NCBI GenBank assembly: GCA_964035545.1
Contig: OZ037772.1
Location: 6,804,889 to 6,868,888, forward strand
DNA length: 64,000 nt
Direction of reading: 5' to 3'
DNA from: Bugula neritina
Taxonomy: Eukaryota > Animalia > Bryozoa
In this document: positions 36,673 through 49,376 of the stretch, piece by piece
Numbering within the stretch: position 1 is the stretch's first letter
How the letters are laid out: each line of letters begins with the position of its first letter
The notes under the pieces: model-generated
Told to the model about the DNA's origin: nothing
Databases searched by the model: none
Seen by the model: only the letters and a program-made list of their open reading frames with translations
Program-made: the position numbers and the translations under genes

Positions 36673-38153
36673 TCAATGAGTAAATTTAAAAGGGAGAAAT
36701 GATGATTTTCGATGCCTAATGATGTCTCCATGAATAGCAGTTGTGCTATCTAATGGCTTAGAATTTCCTGAGTTGCCTGGATGTACACCACATCGGGTCA
36801 CCAATTTTCTAAAGATAGACTGAAAGCCAGTTACAGATGCGTTATTATTCCATCCACCTAGAACAGATATTAAAAAATGCTTGGACATCAATTGCCTGTT
36901 CACAATTAATGATTGGATTATGTTTACCCAGAAAAAATGATGTTTTTTAGAACACAAGCAAAACCTTGCATGCAATTAAGCCAAAAAAGTCATTTAATTA
37001 AAAAATGCACAATTGCTTTGACACCACAGTTTTGGAAATTTTTGAAAATTCATTATCTTTGTCTCTTGGTATTCAAAAGTTAATAAAATATACTTCATAT
37101 TGCATGCATTTTAACCGCTAAGCTCATGCAAAAAAATTCACTTTTCAACACAGTTGGTCCAACCGACCATCTTAGTTGCCCCTTTCAAAGCAAAGTGAAA
37201 AACCGAACACCTGAAGGAAAGAGATAAGAGAGTAAGAGAACAAATGAACATGTTAACATAAGTGGATGCAGACTGGGCTTCATGCATAGCTGTTTAGAGC
37301 TATAGCATACCACAGCTCTAAATGGTCTTGCGAAAATTTATACATTAGCAGATAGTCCAGCGTTTTAGGCACCAACAGTTTCTCCACCAACCCAAATACT
37401 GTGTCAATGGCACATACAAGTCCAGTAATACAAACATGTCTGCAAATAACACAAATAGGGACAGGCACATATTAGATCTGAAATATAAGCAAGTAACACT
37501 TTCTATGGTAATAGGAAATTTACTTTTTGGTCTTGTACAGAGGTATCCCTTCATTATTCTTTAGGCCTAGCAAATATTGCCGTGTATCTTTCAGAAAAGG
37601 AGTGATGACACTGATACCATTTAGATGTAAAGGCTGCTTGTAGCCTTTAGCTATTGCTGATCGACTATTCAGGATGTCAAACAACCGATCAACTCGCTAC
37701 AGAAAAAGTAACATCAGCAAAACATGGGACGATTGCAGTTACAGTATTTTAAAGAAATAAAACCAAAAGCTGTAACAAACCCTAATGAAGTTGATGGTAG
37801 CATCACACTGCTGGAATTTAAAGAGTCCCAACTGTTTCAGCGTATCTAGTGAGTCAGCCACTGAAGCTGACAGCAACTGGGTAGCAAGAGACACCTGAGT
37901 AGATGACACAATAAAGATATTAGTTCAACACTCAATTATAACTGCATTGCCAAAGTAGCGCTCTACTACTAGTAGTAGTAGCAGTAGGCTAGTAGTAGTA
38001 GTAGCAGTAGGCTAGTAGTAGTAGTAGCAGTAGGCTAGTAGTAGTAGTAGGCTAGTAGTAGTAGTAGCAGTAGGCTAGTAGTAGTAGTAGTAGTAGTAGG
38101 CTAGTAGTGGTAGTAGCAGTAGGCTAGTAGTAGTAGTAGTAGTAGCAGTAGGC

Positions 38154-38186
<33 letters not shown>

Positions 38187-38707
38187 CAGTAGGCTAGTAG
38201 TAGTAGTAGTAGTAGCAGTAGGCTAGTAGTGGTAGTAGCAGTAGGCTAGTAGTAGTAGTAGCAGTAGGCTAGTAGTAGCAGTAGGCTAGTAGTAGTAGTA
38301 GGCTAGTAGTAGTAGTAGCAGTAGGCTAGTAGTAGTAGTAGTAGTAATAGTAGTACTATCATACTGATACTGTAAGTATAACATTAGCCATTAGCCTTAG
38401 GCTTAGCTATTAGTATTACTACTACTAGTAGTAGTAGTAGTACTAGTAGTAGAGTACTACTAGTACTAGTACTACTAGTAGGCAGCAGCACCGCTACCAC
38501 AACTATTAAGCCTACTGTTACGCTAGTTCATGTATTACTTTCACTGATTGTTGTAACTAAAGCCATATACTTACTTGTGAAAAGAGATTTTTTTGTCTTT
38601 ATGTAACTGCTGTACTGGTAGTTGCGGCAATTGTATGCATAACACTGAGACTCAGTGGTCTTGCTTCTTTGACCCTTAGTTTGCTTAGGATACGGAGAAT
38701 TCGACAT
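36673..38707 (-). mobile_element. Degenerate intron-containing THAP9/P-element-type transposase gene
   Basis: THAP start CYAYNCRN...ISFHK (38707-38575, frameshifted); VSLATQLLSASVADSL...ATINFIR (37894-37781); RVDRLFDILNSR...GYKQPL (from 37696); YLLMYKFSQDHLELW; GGWNNN...FQSIFRKL. These are P-family motifs separated by GT-AG introns; the N-terminal catalytic region is missing. Confidence 0.88.
37965..38480. repeat. Compound (TAG)n / GCAGTAGGCTAGTA satellite inside the P-type transposase gene
   Basis: Directly visible. Confidence 0.95.
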
Positions 38708-38986
38708 GTTTAACGAAGTAGAGGTGATAGAAAACACAATTAAATAAAAATATAGTCGCTTCAGATATAAAGCAGGACAAAAAACAAAGTTTAAAAGTGA
38801 GATTCACTCAATCGAAATGATGGACGACCGGCTCTATTTTCTCCCGCTAGAAAAAGAGCATGCTCGGGCTCACAAAGCCAATCGGCAACGAGGTTACATT
38901 ACAAAGTACAATCGTACCCATTCCAGTTAATAATTATTGAGTTCATTGGTTTGTTGGCAATTGTTCAACCTCATGCTAAATTATAA

Positions 38987-39088
38987 CAAGTAGGCAATAC
39001 GCATGCCGCCCACAGAGCAATAGCATATAGGAACTGAGACTAGATTATGAGATGATTTTTTGCTGGGGATGACCTTAACTATGCTGTG
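38987..39088 (+). mobile_element. Diverged right terminus of the CACAG-TIR family
   Basis: caagtaggcaatacgcatgccgcccacagagcaata...ccttaactatgctgtg aligns to 22034-22144. Confidence 0.75.
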
Positions 39089-39236
39089 ATTAGCTTTGCT
39101 AGTAACCTGAGGCTATTGCAACAGTTTATGAAAATAGCTAATCAACATGAATTCACAGCCTAATAATTATCACCCATTTGCGCGCAAAATATTTATGTAT
39201 TGATAGTTAGTCATATAGTGAACATTCAATTACGAT

Positions 39237-39305
39237 GTCTGCGTGGTCCAGAGGTTAAAGGCGCTGGCAGCAAGTTGGTTGGGTCATGGTTCAACCCTAT
39301 TTTGT
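39237..39305 (+). other. tRNA-derived SINE-like head (Pol III A/B boxes)
   Basis: TGGTCCAGAGG (A-box-like) and GGTTCAACCC (B-box-like) at tRNA-like spacing; no complete cloverleaf. Confidence 0.35.
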
Positions 39306-42137
39306 TGCAATTTTTTTGTCAACTTATGCAAATCCTACGCATGTATGATAAATATGGCTATAGTTGTAAAGTTTTTTTTAACTTTTGTTCAACAGTAGGA
39401 CAACATACATGCATACTAATTGGATACTGAACACTGGGCTAAATCTTAAATTGATCTTATAGAATACAATGTACTTAAAATTATTATATGTGAATTAGAG
39501 AAACTCTGCTGCACTATAGACAGACCTTTACTGACAAGACTGCAAAGTGAAGTGATTTAGCTGAAATTAACACTGCCAAACAAACGAAGAATTATGTTGT
39601 GCTGAGGCATTTTCAATAGGTTGTAACATAGTGAGATGATTCAGCTAAGCGCTAATGTAAAACATGGCACATTATAATATTGGCAGAAATCCAATAGATT
39701 GCCAATTTGTGCGAGAGGGTACTATATGTTATTGTGATAGCGTGCAGAGCGGCAAACGTACTAGGAATGTTATAATTAGTCACAGGAGCGTAGCTAGAAC
39801 CACCATATGAAGGATTTAGATAATTGCAGTGAAACTTGCAAAATGGTGTATGTTTTTACTAAATTGTGAAGAGCATAAACAGAATTTCAAAAAACAAAGA
39901 AAGTATATTAGAGAAAACATATCAAGGAATGTCAAGTGTGAATTTTAGACTTTATAAAATGAATCCCCTATGCTACAGCAGTGGAACATGGAGGGTGTAA
40001 AATTTTACTGATTATGCAACAACTTTGTCAGAAAATTTCTTATTGAAAAATTAAAAAAGTATATGGAAGAGGAATGCAAGAGCTATCTTTTCATGTATAA
40101 TTTATTAATGTGAGACAAAAACTGTTCGAGCTATCCCCTGGAAACCGTTTATACATAACATAAAGCAGTGCCTGAATCTGGAAAGTAATGACCTTAAACT
40201 AACTGTGGAAGTCACAGCTAAAACAAATGTTATGCTAGTACCAACAATGGTCACCAGGCTCATTGTAACACTCACAACAGTCTATATATACATGTATTTG
40301 CTATGACAAAAAGCAATTCAATACATATGCTTTCAGTAACAGCAATGCTAAATGGGAAGCAGGGATTTTTTTATTTTGACTGAATGACAGCTTTTTACAA
40401 ATCCAATTTTTTTGTCGTAAATGATTTTTCAATAATAACCTGACAGTATTGTAAGAGCAAAGGCTACAATGCTGTTACAAACATTCAACTGCTTGATTTT
40501 ATTACTATTTAAAAAGAGTCATTTCTACAGAGCAGCATAGTAATTTGTCTCTGATAGAAGCTGTATAAACATAATTGTAAACTCTGGATACTTTATATTC
40601 TGGCTTCTAAAGTAATATTCATAAGGAGAACATGATTCAAACCTACAGAAGTGTAAACTTTCAAACATGTGATCCAAATATTTAATATATATCAGTATAT
40701 GAACTACATAGCAGCTTCCCACTCACTTTTACAACTGTACTGACATCAAACAAGTGATTTGTCAGCTATATAAACAGTATAGGTTAGTATTGGTTATACA
40801 AACCAGGAGGTTAGGTATCCTATACTTTGGAGATTACACTAAGAGGCTAAGACAAACAGGTCACTATTTTTGGCTTATAGGTTTTGGGTATAATATATTC
40901 TGGAGATTACACTAAGAGAGATGTAGACAAACCAGTGACTAGTCAATATAAATTTAGTCCTTTGAACATATAAACATATATATATATTGTGTGTAAATAT
41001 ATCTTATAACCTTAAAGCATAAACCTATTAATTTCAAAGTGGAAACCTGTTATAATTTATATTAGGCACTTGTGCTATAACATTGCAGTGCAGCACTAGA
41101 TAACTGCATCGTGGTGGTGGTAACCTGATAACTCAATTCACCAGCTCTTTTTAGTAGTTCCCTATTGCATATAAATAGGCAGCTGCCTTTCCAGTTGTGG
41201 TAAGTATATTTTTCTGTTTGACAGATGCATGTGACTTTTGAATCAGGTTGCAGTTTTTGGAATTTTGCCAAGATATTGTCATATCTCATCAACCTCTGTA
41301 TGAAAGAAGCATTGAAGCTGTCTCATGTATTAGTAGGTTAATTATAGACAAGACAGTCCAGTATCATTCAGCTGAGGTGCATGAGACGTTAGTTTTCCAG
41401 CCAGACTATATAAACACCAAAACTTAAGTTTACAGAAATAAACCAGTGGAAAAGTTGACAGGGGATTGGCTACAAGTGAAATCATAACGAGACCAAGATG
41501 TAGACATTACATGGGGCTGTACCAACCATACATTATGGTAGTTTGTCTCTGATAGAGAATGTGTAAGCACTTGAGCACTATTTATACAAATTTAAACTCT
41601 GGATATTTTATATTATAGTTTATAAATTTATAGATTATAATATATAATTTATAATTTATATATTAAATAAAAATTTAATGAACATGGGTCAACCATACCA
41701 AAGTTTACAGACTTTAAAGTATATTCCATTCAAGTACTTAACACATGACAGTGTATACTATATCCCTGCTTGAGAAAGCTTCTCACCCAGTTCCACAAAT
41801 GAACTGACACCAACTTAGTTGATATGCCAGAGAAACAGTAATTGGTACAATCCAGAAGTATAGGCATATTATATCCCCAAGATTACACTAAGAGGGATCT
41901 ACTGATGACATTTAGTTAAATATAATATATGTTTTACTTTTTGAACACAGAACAAGTGTAACTGTGATGTCTCTGAAATTGTTTATAGATGATAAAAAGC
42001 AGTGTTTCCAAAAATGTGACCTCATACACTCCTACAATGTTGTAAGGTCAACACTAATGTAGTTTCTGTATACACACAAACGTGACCTATTTTAGTATCA
42101 GAGTGAACTAAATTGTGATGACATTACAGTACACAAC

Positions 42138-42297
42138 GACTATAAATTGATTGGAATGACGAAATGAAACTTCATTATGTTTACGACTCTACACACTACT
42201 CTGCCAGCATAACTACATCCTCGCTACAGTATCACTTCACTGCTGGCTATAACTCTAGTATAACTGAACACTAACTGCTGCATCACTAAATGTAAAG
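42138..42297 (+). promoter_or_regulatory. Most distal, diverged promoter/first-exon cassette of gene C
   Basis: ctataaa at about 42140, CGAAATGAAACT 42160-42171, C/A/T-rich exon-like body, donor AAAG|gtgaga at 42297/42298. Confidence 0.45.
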
Positions 42298-42323
42298 GTG
42301 AGAAAAGACCAATTTATTCTGCT

Positions 42324-42342
42324 ACACACACACACACACATA

Positions 42343-42398
<56 letters not shown>

Positions 42399-42420
42399 CA
42401 CACGCACACATGCACGCACG
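42324..42420. repeat. (CA)n/(CACG)n microsatellite
   Basis: Directly visible. Confidence 0.95.
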
Positions 42421-42849
42421 TATTTTTGGTTATATTGTGTGTCCATAGAAATAGTTATGCTTTTAGATTGTATAACCACAGTCATCATGTCATGGTGGTA
42501 CATTATGCTCCTTACAAATTCGAGTTGAGCCTGTACTTGCTGGCACATGTCATCATTCATTCCTCTTTTTATTAACTCTTTTACACAACTTTCTTGCTAT
42601 GCATTGTGTGTCATGACTGGTTTATAGCATAGGTAACATGTATTTGCTATATTATATGTTATTATTTTTTGTTTTGGTATAAATATACTAACAAATAGTG
42701 CACTGTTTTTGAACATGAAAACCTGTGAATTCAAAACTAATCAATTATTTATTTACACTGTAGATCAGTATCTCAATCATTACATTGGTTTTATAGGTTT
42801 ATTTACATTCATAGAATATTATGTTAATAGTAGTAATTTTCCTATTGTG

Positions 42850-43141
42850 GATGCTGAATGTTATCAACTTGCAAATTAGCTTCAATGTATGTTTAGCCTG
42901 GGGAATCCCCTATAATATTTATTTTGTAATATATCCTCATATTGTAGTGCAACTAACATAGTTATGCTCAGAGCACATGCTATTGAATCAGTAAAATGAA
43001 ACTGCCTGTCACTCGTCCTGCCTTTTGCTGACTTCACTACATACTACTCTAGTATACCCACCTACTAACTACGGCCTCCATACACTACTTACTGCTTCTG
43101 TTCAACCACCTACTATAACTACTGCATCATTGCCTACAAAG
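42850..43141 (+). promoter_or_regulatory. Promoter/non-coding first-exon cassette of gene C with a perfect kB site
   Basis: GGGGAATCCCC 42900-42910, TAAAATGAAACT 42992-43003, exon homologous to 10976-11109, donor AAAG|gtgagt at 43141/43142. Confidence 0.68.
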
Positions 43142-43204
43142 GTGAGTAGAAACCATGTTTTTGTTTACAATATCAATAGCTGACTGTGTAGTCTATATGA
43201 GTTG

Positions 43205-43527
43205 CAAAAGAGCAAAGGCTATAAAACTGATAAACTGAAACACTTACTGCTTTAATATACTGACTTACTAACTCATAGTGATAATCTTTACATTGGAGAT
43301 GCTGATAATGTTATTTTATGCATACTCCCCTAAGGAATTTCAACATTTTATTGTTTTGTGATCAAAGTTAATGTTTTGGTGCATTATATATACTTATTAT
43401 TGATAAGAGCAAAGGTTATAAAACTGATAAACTGAAACATCCTGTTACTCCCCCTGCCCTTCGCTCACTTCACCACTTACTGCTCCAGTATAACCACCTA
43501 CTATAGCTACTATTATTTTATACAAAG
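43205..43527 (+). promoter_or_regulatory. Additional partial (about 43205-43270) and internally deleted (about 43275-43527) cassette copies
   Basis: TATAAAA at 43220 and 43417; TAAACTGAAAC at 43231 and 43428; Inr-like A at 43447 (30 nt after the TATA); donor AAAG|gtgggt at 43527/43528. Confidence 0.6.
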
Positions 43528-44106
43528 GTGGGTAACAACCACATTTTTCTATACTATTTTTTATATTATTAGATACTAGATAATGTAGTAGATTAGAAGT
43601 TAAGTTTTGGTGGTTGACTATTTACTCTAGTAAATACTTTGTCTGTTTTAAAAGTTTACTACTAGAAATGTATAAAATTTATAGGTCAACTGGTGGAGTA
43701 AATATGTTTTGCTTTCTGTTGTACAATAAATTTGACAGGTCTTGCAGCTTTTATCAATAATCGTTTTATGCGCTTATCTCCCACTTTAGCGGTGCAAGCA
43801 GTGTTGGGAATCAACATATTCTTTTTCTTTAGTGGTGTTAGTTTAAACATCTATATATAATCACTCTGTAGTCTATATGTGCTTGTAAAGTAGTAGATAT
43901 ATATGTCTGTTGGCACTAGCAAATGCAAGTGGGGTTATTTGTGTGACTGTGTAAACTTTATCTATCTCTCTTCTTTTCTAACTCATTCTATGTTTTTCTT
44001 TCTTCATACTGTCTCTCTTTCTTGTTGTGCCAAGCCAGAACTGTAGAATTTATTTGCCTCATAATTTTTCTTAACATAAAAGCTTGTTTTATGTTGAAAC
44101 TTTAAG

Positions 44107-44919
44107 ATGGCTGCCCAGCAACTACCGGACTGGTATGAGTGTGGTTATTGTGTCTCTAAGAGAGATGACATGAGAGATCCAAGAAAGCTGCCTTGTCAGC
44201 ATGTATTCTGTTTGAGTTGTATTCAAGGACATTACAGTAAGCATAGAACTGTGACCTGCACTACTTGTAGGTGGGTCAAAATTATTCAAAGTAATAGACT
44301 GATAATATATAAGTCTAGTCAAACAAGTTTTATAAATTTGATGCAGTCTCCAGAAGCTATTAAATATGTGCAAGATACTTTACAAGTTTAGTTTGAGCCT
44401 TATTAATTAAATGTAATATTATCTTGCAACATGCAGAGGAGTAAAAGCTTTACCAAGCTCGGTGGTTATATACTTTTCATATTTATTGTTTATAAAAATA
44501 CTTCTTGATCATATTATTAATATTATTTCTATATAATAGTGATCAAATATTCATGTCCAGCCTGGAAATTGGTGGTATATTTTTTGAAATTTATCATGGA
44601 TGAAATGTATATTATATTGCAAACATGGGCCTTTAAAATTATTGCAGACAAGTGTATGGCTCACTAAAGTTTGAGGAATTACCGAAAGTTGCCATAGAAA
44701 CTAGTGACTCTGCTCCTCTGGACTGTACAGCTTACGGATGTCAAGAACAGGCAGCAGTGAGATACTGTGTTACATGTAAATACAGGTTTTGTTTTCAACA
44801 TCAACAGGTAAAATATTAATTGAGTGGAATAGCGCTTTTGCTTTTCCAAAAAAATGTCTTTGTTGCACTTAAAATCTATACACATTACATATTTCTGTTG
44901 CCATACGCACACACACACA

Positions 44920-44995
<76 letters not shown>

Positions 44996-46165
44996 CATTC
45001 GTGAGTGCAGATGTCTTAATGCGTGTGAATTTGCATGTGCGCGCGTGTGCGCATGTATGCGCGTGTGTGCGCATGTGTGCGAGTGTGTGTGTGTGCGTGT
45101 GTGTGAGTGTGTGTGTGTGTATTTGCGTGCGTGCGTGTGCGCGCGTGTGTGTGTGTGTGCGCGTGTGTGCGTGTGTGCTGTGTGCGTGTGTGCGTGAGTG
45201 CGTGTGTGTGTGTGCGTGTGTGTGTGTGTCATTGTTTACTTTTTGTGCACTTTTTTAAAAATTTATCCATTTCAATCTCGTGTTTATTGAAAATATTTGA
45301 ATTACACGTTTTTCTATAGTAATAATATATTCCAACAGAATGGTGTTTTAACTTGCAGGCTCACAAGGCAATTTATGGTGACTCTCACAAGGTAGTGGAC
45401 ATTGATGTCTACAAGAAATCACCTGCTAGTTATGATAAATCAACATGTGAACAACATCAAGATGTTCTAGTAAGAGCTTGCAAGAAATGCGATAAACTGA
45501 TCTGCTTTGAGTGTGAGATTGATGAATACGACTGCATAGGTTTGTTAAAAAGCTTCTTAAAATGAGGAGCTGAAATTTTTATAAAGCTGTTATACGTTGT
45601 TAAAAATTTCATAATATATAGTTATTAGACAAAAATCAGATGAGATCGGCTAACAACAACCTATAAGAATAAGTCAGTTTTTTCTATTAAACGGCAATTT
45701 TGTGCAGAACTCATTCACTTTAGTCAATTTGGAAAGCGATTATAAACCCTGCTAGCCAAACTATCCTTTCATTATTTACTTTACAGTTTACTTGACTGAA
45801 TAACTGATCATTTATTTTGTGTTGCAATTGAGTTCTGATAATGTATGATAAACGTAATGTTTTTAGGTGTTTCTAGATGCTAGAAACTCGAAAATTAAAA
45901 ACATCGCAAGGTCATTTCATTTGTAATCAAATTTTAACTTTTTTTTTGGAATGGAAATTACTACATTTTGCATTTTTTTATTTTAGACAAACAGAAACAT
46001 AATTTTAAATCTCTTACATCACTGAAAGGAGAGGTGAACACCTACTTTTCCAGTCAGCTGAAGGTAATTGCTGAAATGATTACCAAGCAGGGCATAATTT
46101 CACAGTATCTCGTCTTCAGACATAACACTTATGTGCCAATACGAGATACATTACATCATAAATAA
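44107..46165 (+). pseudogene. TRIM gene C, interrupted in coding exon 4. Exons 44107-44270, 44648-44807, 45359-45539, 45987-46087; reads into the insertion to a stop at 46163-46165
   Basis: RING and both B-box exons are intact and the same size as in A and B. Homology stops abruptly after ...ATTACCAAG (46087) and never resumes in the window. Confidence 0.85.
44904..45229. repeat. (CACG)n/(CA)n followed by (TG)n/(TGCG)n in gene C intron 2
   Basis: Directly visible; the two tracts are mutually complementary. Confidence 0.95.
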
Positions 46166-49085
46166 ATGTTGTCTATCGGCAAAAATTTTGCAGTAGCCAA
46201 TCATAGTACTATAACAGGGCAGTCTGAGTGTAGTATCTCGTTTATCGGCATAATTATAATAGCCCGTAGTTGAAGATGGAGTTGGAAGCTTTTCAAATAC
46301 CTCCCACATATAATAGCATTTATGCTAGTCCCTACAGCTAAATAAACATTATGGTAGACCAATAATCATGAAAGCTCTACTCATTTGTAACTGGAGGATT
46401 TGTAGCACCACAATACTAAATTTCTTGTATTGGAGGTGCTTAGGCTGTGTTGTCATAGTGATATGTACTTATTGGGGCTTGGTATAAAATTAAACCTGAT
46501 AATTATAAGGATTAAATTATTATTGCTGTGGTTTCAACTGACCAACTTTGGAGTTATTATCTCGATTCTTCGTCAGGAATGGTTAGATAATTTCATGCAA
46601 TAATGAGTTTTGGCTTTATATCATTATAAATAATGAGTTTTGGCTTTATATCATTATAAATATCTACATTGATGGCAGCACTGAGCTAGAATTCTAATAT
46701 CTTTTCAAGCTCATTGGGTGGCAGATTATTGGCTAAATTTTATGCAGATATTGAATAAATAATGTGGTTTGATAGTTGTGCTATATTGTTAGGTTCACAA
46801 GCATCTTTAAAAAGTTATAATTATTGCGTTGACCATAGGTCAAAAAATTACCTAAAGAGAGGGCAGACAACTCCAAAAGATTGTTTTCGCAGAAGCAAGT
46901 AAAATTCAGCTAAACTGAATACTCCAACTGATCAACATTTTCATCTATTAAAATTGAAGAAAAGTTAAATATTAGTATACTATTCTAATCATGAATAGGC
47001 ACAAGCTAAAAAGATATTTATTTCAAACAATATAAAAAGTAAAGTAACACAACAATGTTTGCAAACGCAGACCTAAAAATGTGAATATTCTCGCTTGAAA
47101 TTAAGTCTGAAATTCCGACTTTTCTAGGTTGAATTGACTTTAATTGACTCACCAGAAAAAACAATTATTAAAATTATAAAGACAAGCATGTAATGAAATA
47201 TGTAATTCATTAGCAAAACTGGAGGAAAGCACTTTTTTTCTAGAAATTGTTCGATTACATAATACATTTTGGGCAAATGATGTTTTTTAATAAAATAAAA
47301 CTGTTGTATTGTTTGGCTAGATGAAGTTTCAAAAGTATTTTTAATATTTTCTCAAATAAAGTAGACATGCACTCCATTTTCACATTTTTTGGCAAAACAT
47401 GATTGGGATTCAGTAGTCAATCAGTTAAGTTTGACACAAGGAGTTGTCACATCCATTCCAAAGAACAAGACCATCTACAATAACAAACATGGAAAGTACC
47501 TAAAATTACATTTAAGTTTACAACAGTCCTTAAAATAAATGTTGCCTTCTACCAATGTTAAATAAGAACATGATGTAATGCTATGTTTACTTAGACTAAA
47601 TCTTGCTGACTTACAATGAAATTCATTCATTTCAATTTGAAAATTCCTGTCAATAACTTGACTCTATGCTAACAACTGATTGTAATACCAAAATCACACT
47701 GCTACTTTTAGTTTAGGGAATTCGTTTTCATTATTAGTTCAATATTCAGCAGAGGTTTTTCTTTAATGAACAAACAATAGGCATACATGCAGATGAAAGA
47801 TTAGGTCTAGTGAATACTAATTTTGTGCCTAACAAAAAAAAATGAAAGATTGCATGAAAAATTAACAACTCTAAAAACTTGCAATTTGAATGAGGCTCAG
47901 GCTTCTAGGTGAGCAAGAGTAACCAGAAGAGCTACTTTAATGGAAGAAATTACTGACTCATTGTGTAGTTGCAGGCTGCATGATGCGTTTTGATTCTCAC
48001 AACCACTTTTGAAAAGGGAAAATCCATTAAATTAAGACTACTGGCAAACAACAGAACGATAAGGAAAAAATACCAAGTAGAAATTCACTTCTCAAAGCAA
48101 ACTGTAGTTAATACATTATAGATGCTTAGAAGAAGCAGGCAATAGTGAATGCTATATAGTGTAGATCAGGATTCTATACAATGACAAGTAAACTGAAATT
48201 CCAGTGCACTTTGAAACTACTTGTAAGAATGGGCTTAGTGCTTTATAGTGCCTTGAAATTTTTTCAAGTCTAATTGGCACCATGCTATTAGAATTCGCAG
48301 AGAGATGACCCTTTAAACTTTCACTTTAAACTTTAATACCTTCACGAAAAGGTAAGAAATAGCTAAATTTACGAGACACACAATATTTTATAAAAAACTG
48401 CACATTCATAAAAACTTTATAAAACTCTAGTGTGAAGGGTGACTCACACTTTTAAACCGTAGATGAGCTAAGTTGTAAAAGTTTGATGAAAACCTTTTAC
48501 TCTATAAATTTATGCAACAGCTACAAAGTTTTGTTGAAGATAAACTTCCTCAACAAATATACAGAAAAAAGCTATTTGAAAGCCAAATTTCATTAGCATA
48601 TTATAAGATTATTTGTGTTTCATCTTTATAAACAGTGATTTAGTCATTTAACGGATAACTAATGATTTCACTTTGTTTTTCATTCAATAAAAACTAAGTG
48701 TAGTTGGTATTAAAAACAGCTTTCATTTCTCACTTTTTTTCTCACCCTAATCTGTGTAGGCAAACAATTGGTTTGTTTCAAACACCACAACAGTAAAGCG
48801 TGACAGCATAGCCAGTGGAGAAAACAATCATCTATACTGCTGGATTAGTGGCAACTTGTGAGTGTGTCAGAGTAGTGTCTTGTTGTGTGACTCTACAAAT
48901 AAATTATGAATTTGAATATACTACAAAGTTGCAAACATTGTTTTAACAAAACACAGCATTTATTTGATATTATATGTAAAGCTCAAGTTGATATAATATA
49001 TATTAAATAAATTTTAGCTTTCCTTTTGGATACTCTGAAACAAAATAAAAAAATAAACCAAAATTGGGTAAAGCCATGCGAACTA

Positions 49086-49376
49086 GAGAGAGAAAGAGAG
49101 TGGGAGAGGGGGGGGGGTGGGAGAGAAAGGTTAGGAGAGAGGATGGAAGAGAGATGGGGTAGAAGAGAGAAAGGGAGAGAGTCAGAGAGATAGTGGAAAA
49201 GGGAAGAGAGAAAGGTTAGAAGAGAGAGAAGGTGGGAGAGACGGAGAGTGGGAGAGAGACGGAGAAGGTGGGAGAGACAGAGGGTGGGAGAGAGGGAGGG
49301 TGGGAGAGAGGGAGAGAAAGAGAGAGAGGTTGAGTGGAAGGTGTGGGAAAAAGAGACAGAGAGAGGAGTGAGAGAG
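49086..49376. repeat. GA-rich low-complexity tract
   Basis: Directly visible. Confidence 0.9.

Noticed and set aside
37965-38480. Regularly interspaced repeat resembling a CRISPR array
   Set aside because: The spacers are just variable (TAG)n runs, the context is eukaryotic and there are no cas genes.
39237-39305. Functional tRNA gene
   Set aside because: A/B boxes only; acceptor and anticodon stems do not pair convincingly.
46601-46660. Exact 30-bp tandem duplication
   Set aside because: Ordinary slippage duplication with no functional context.
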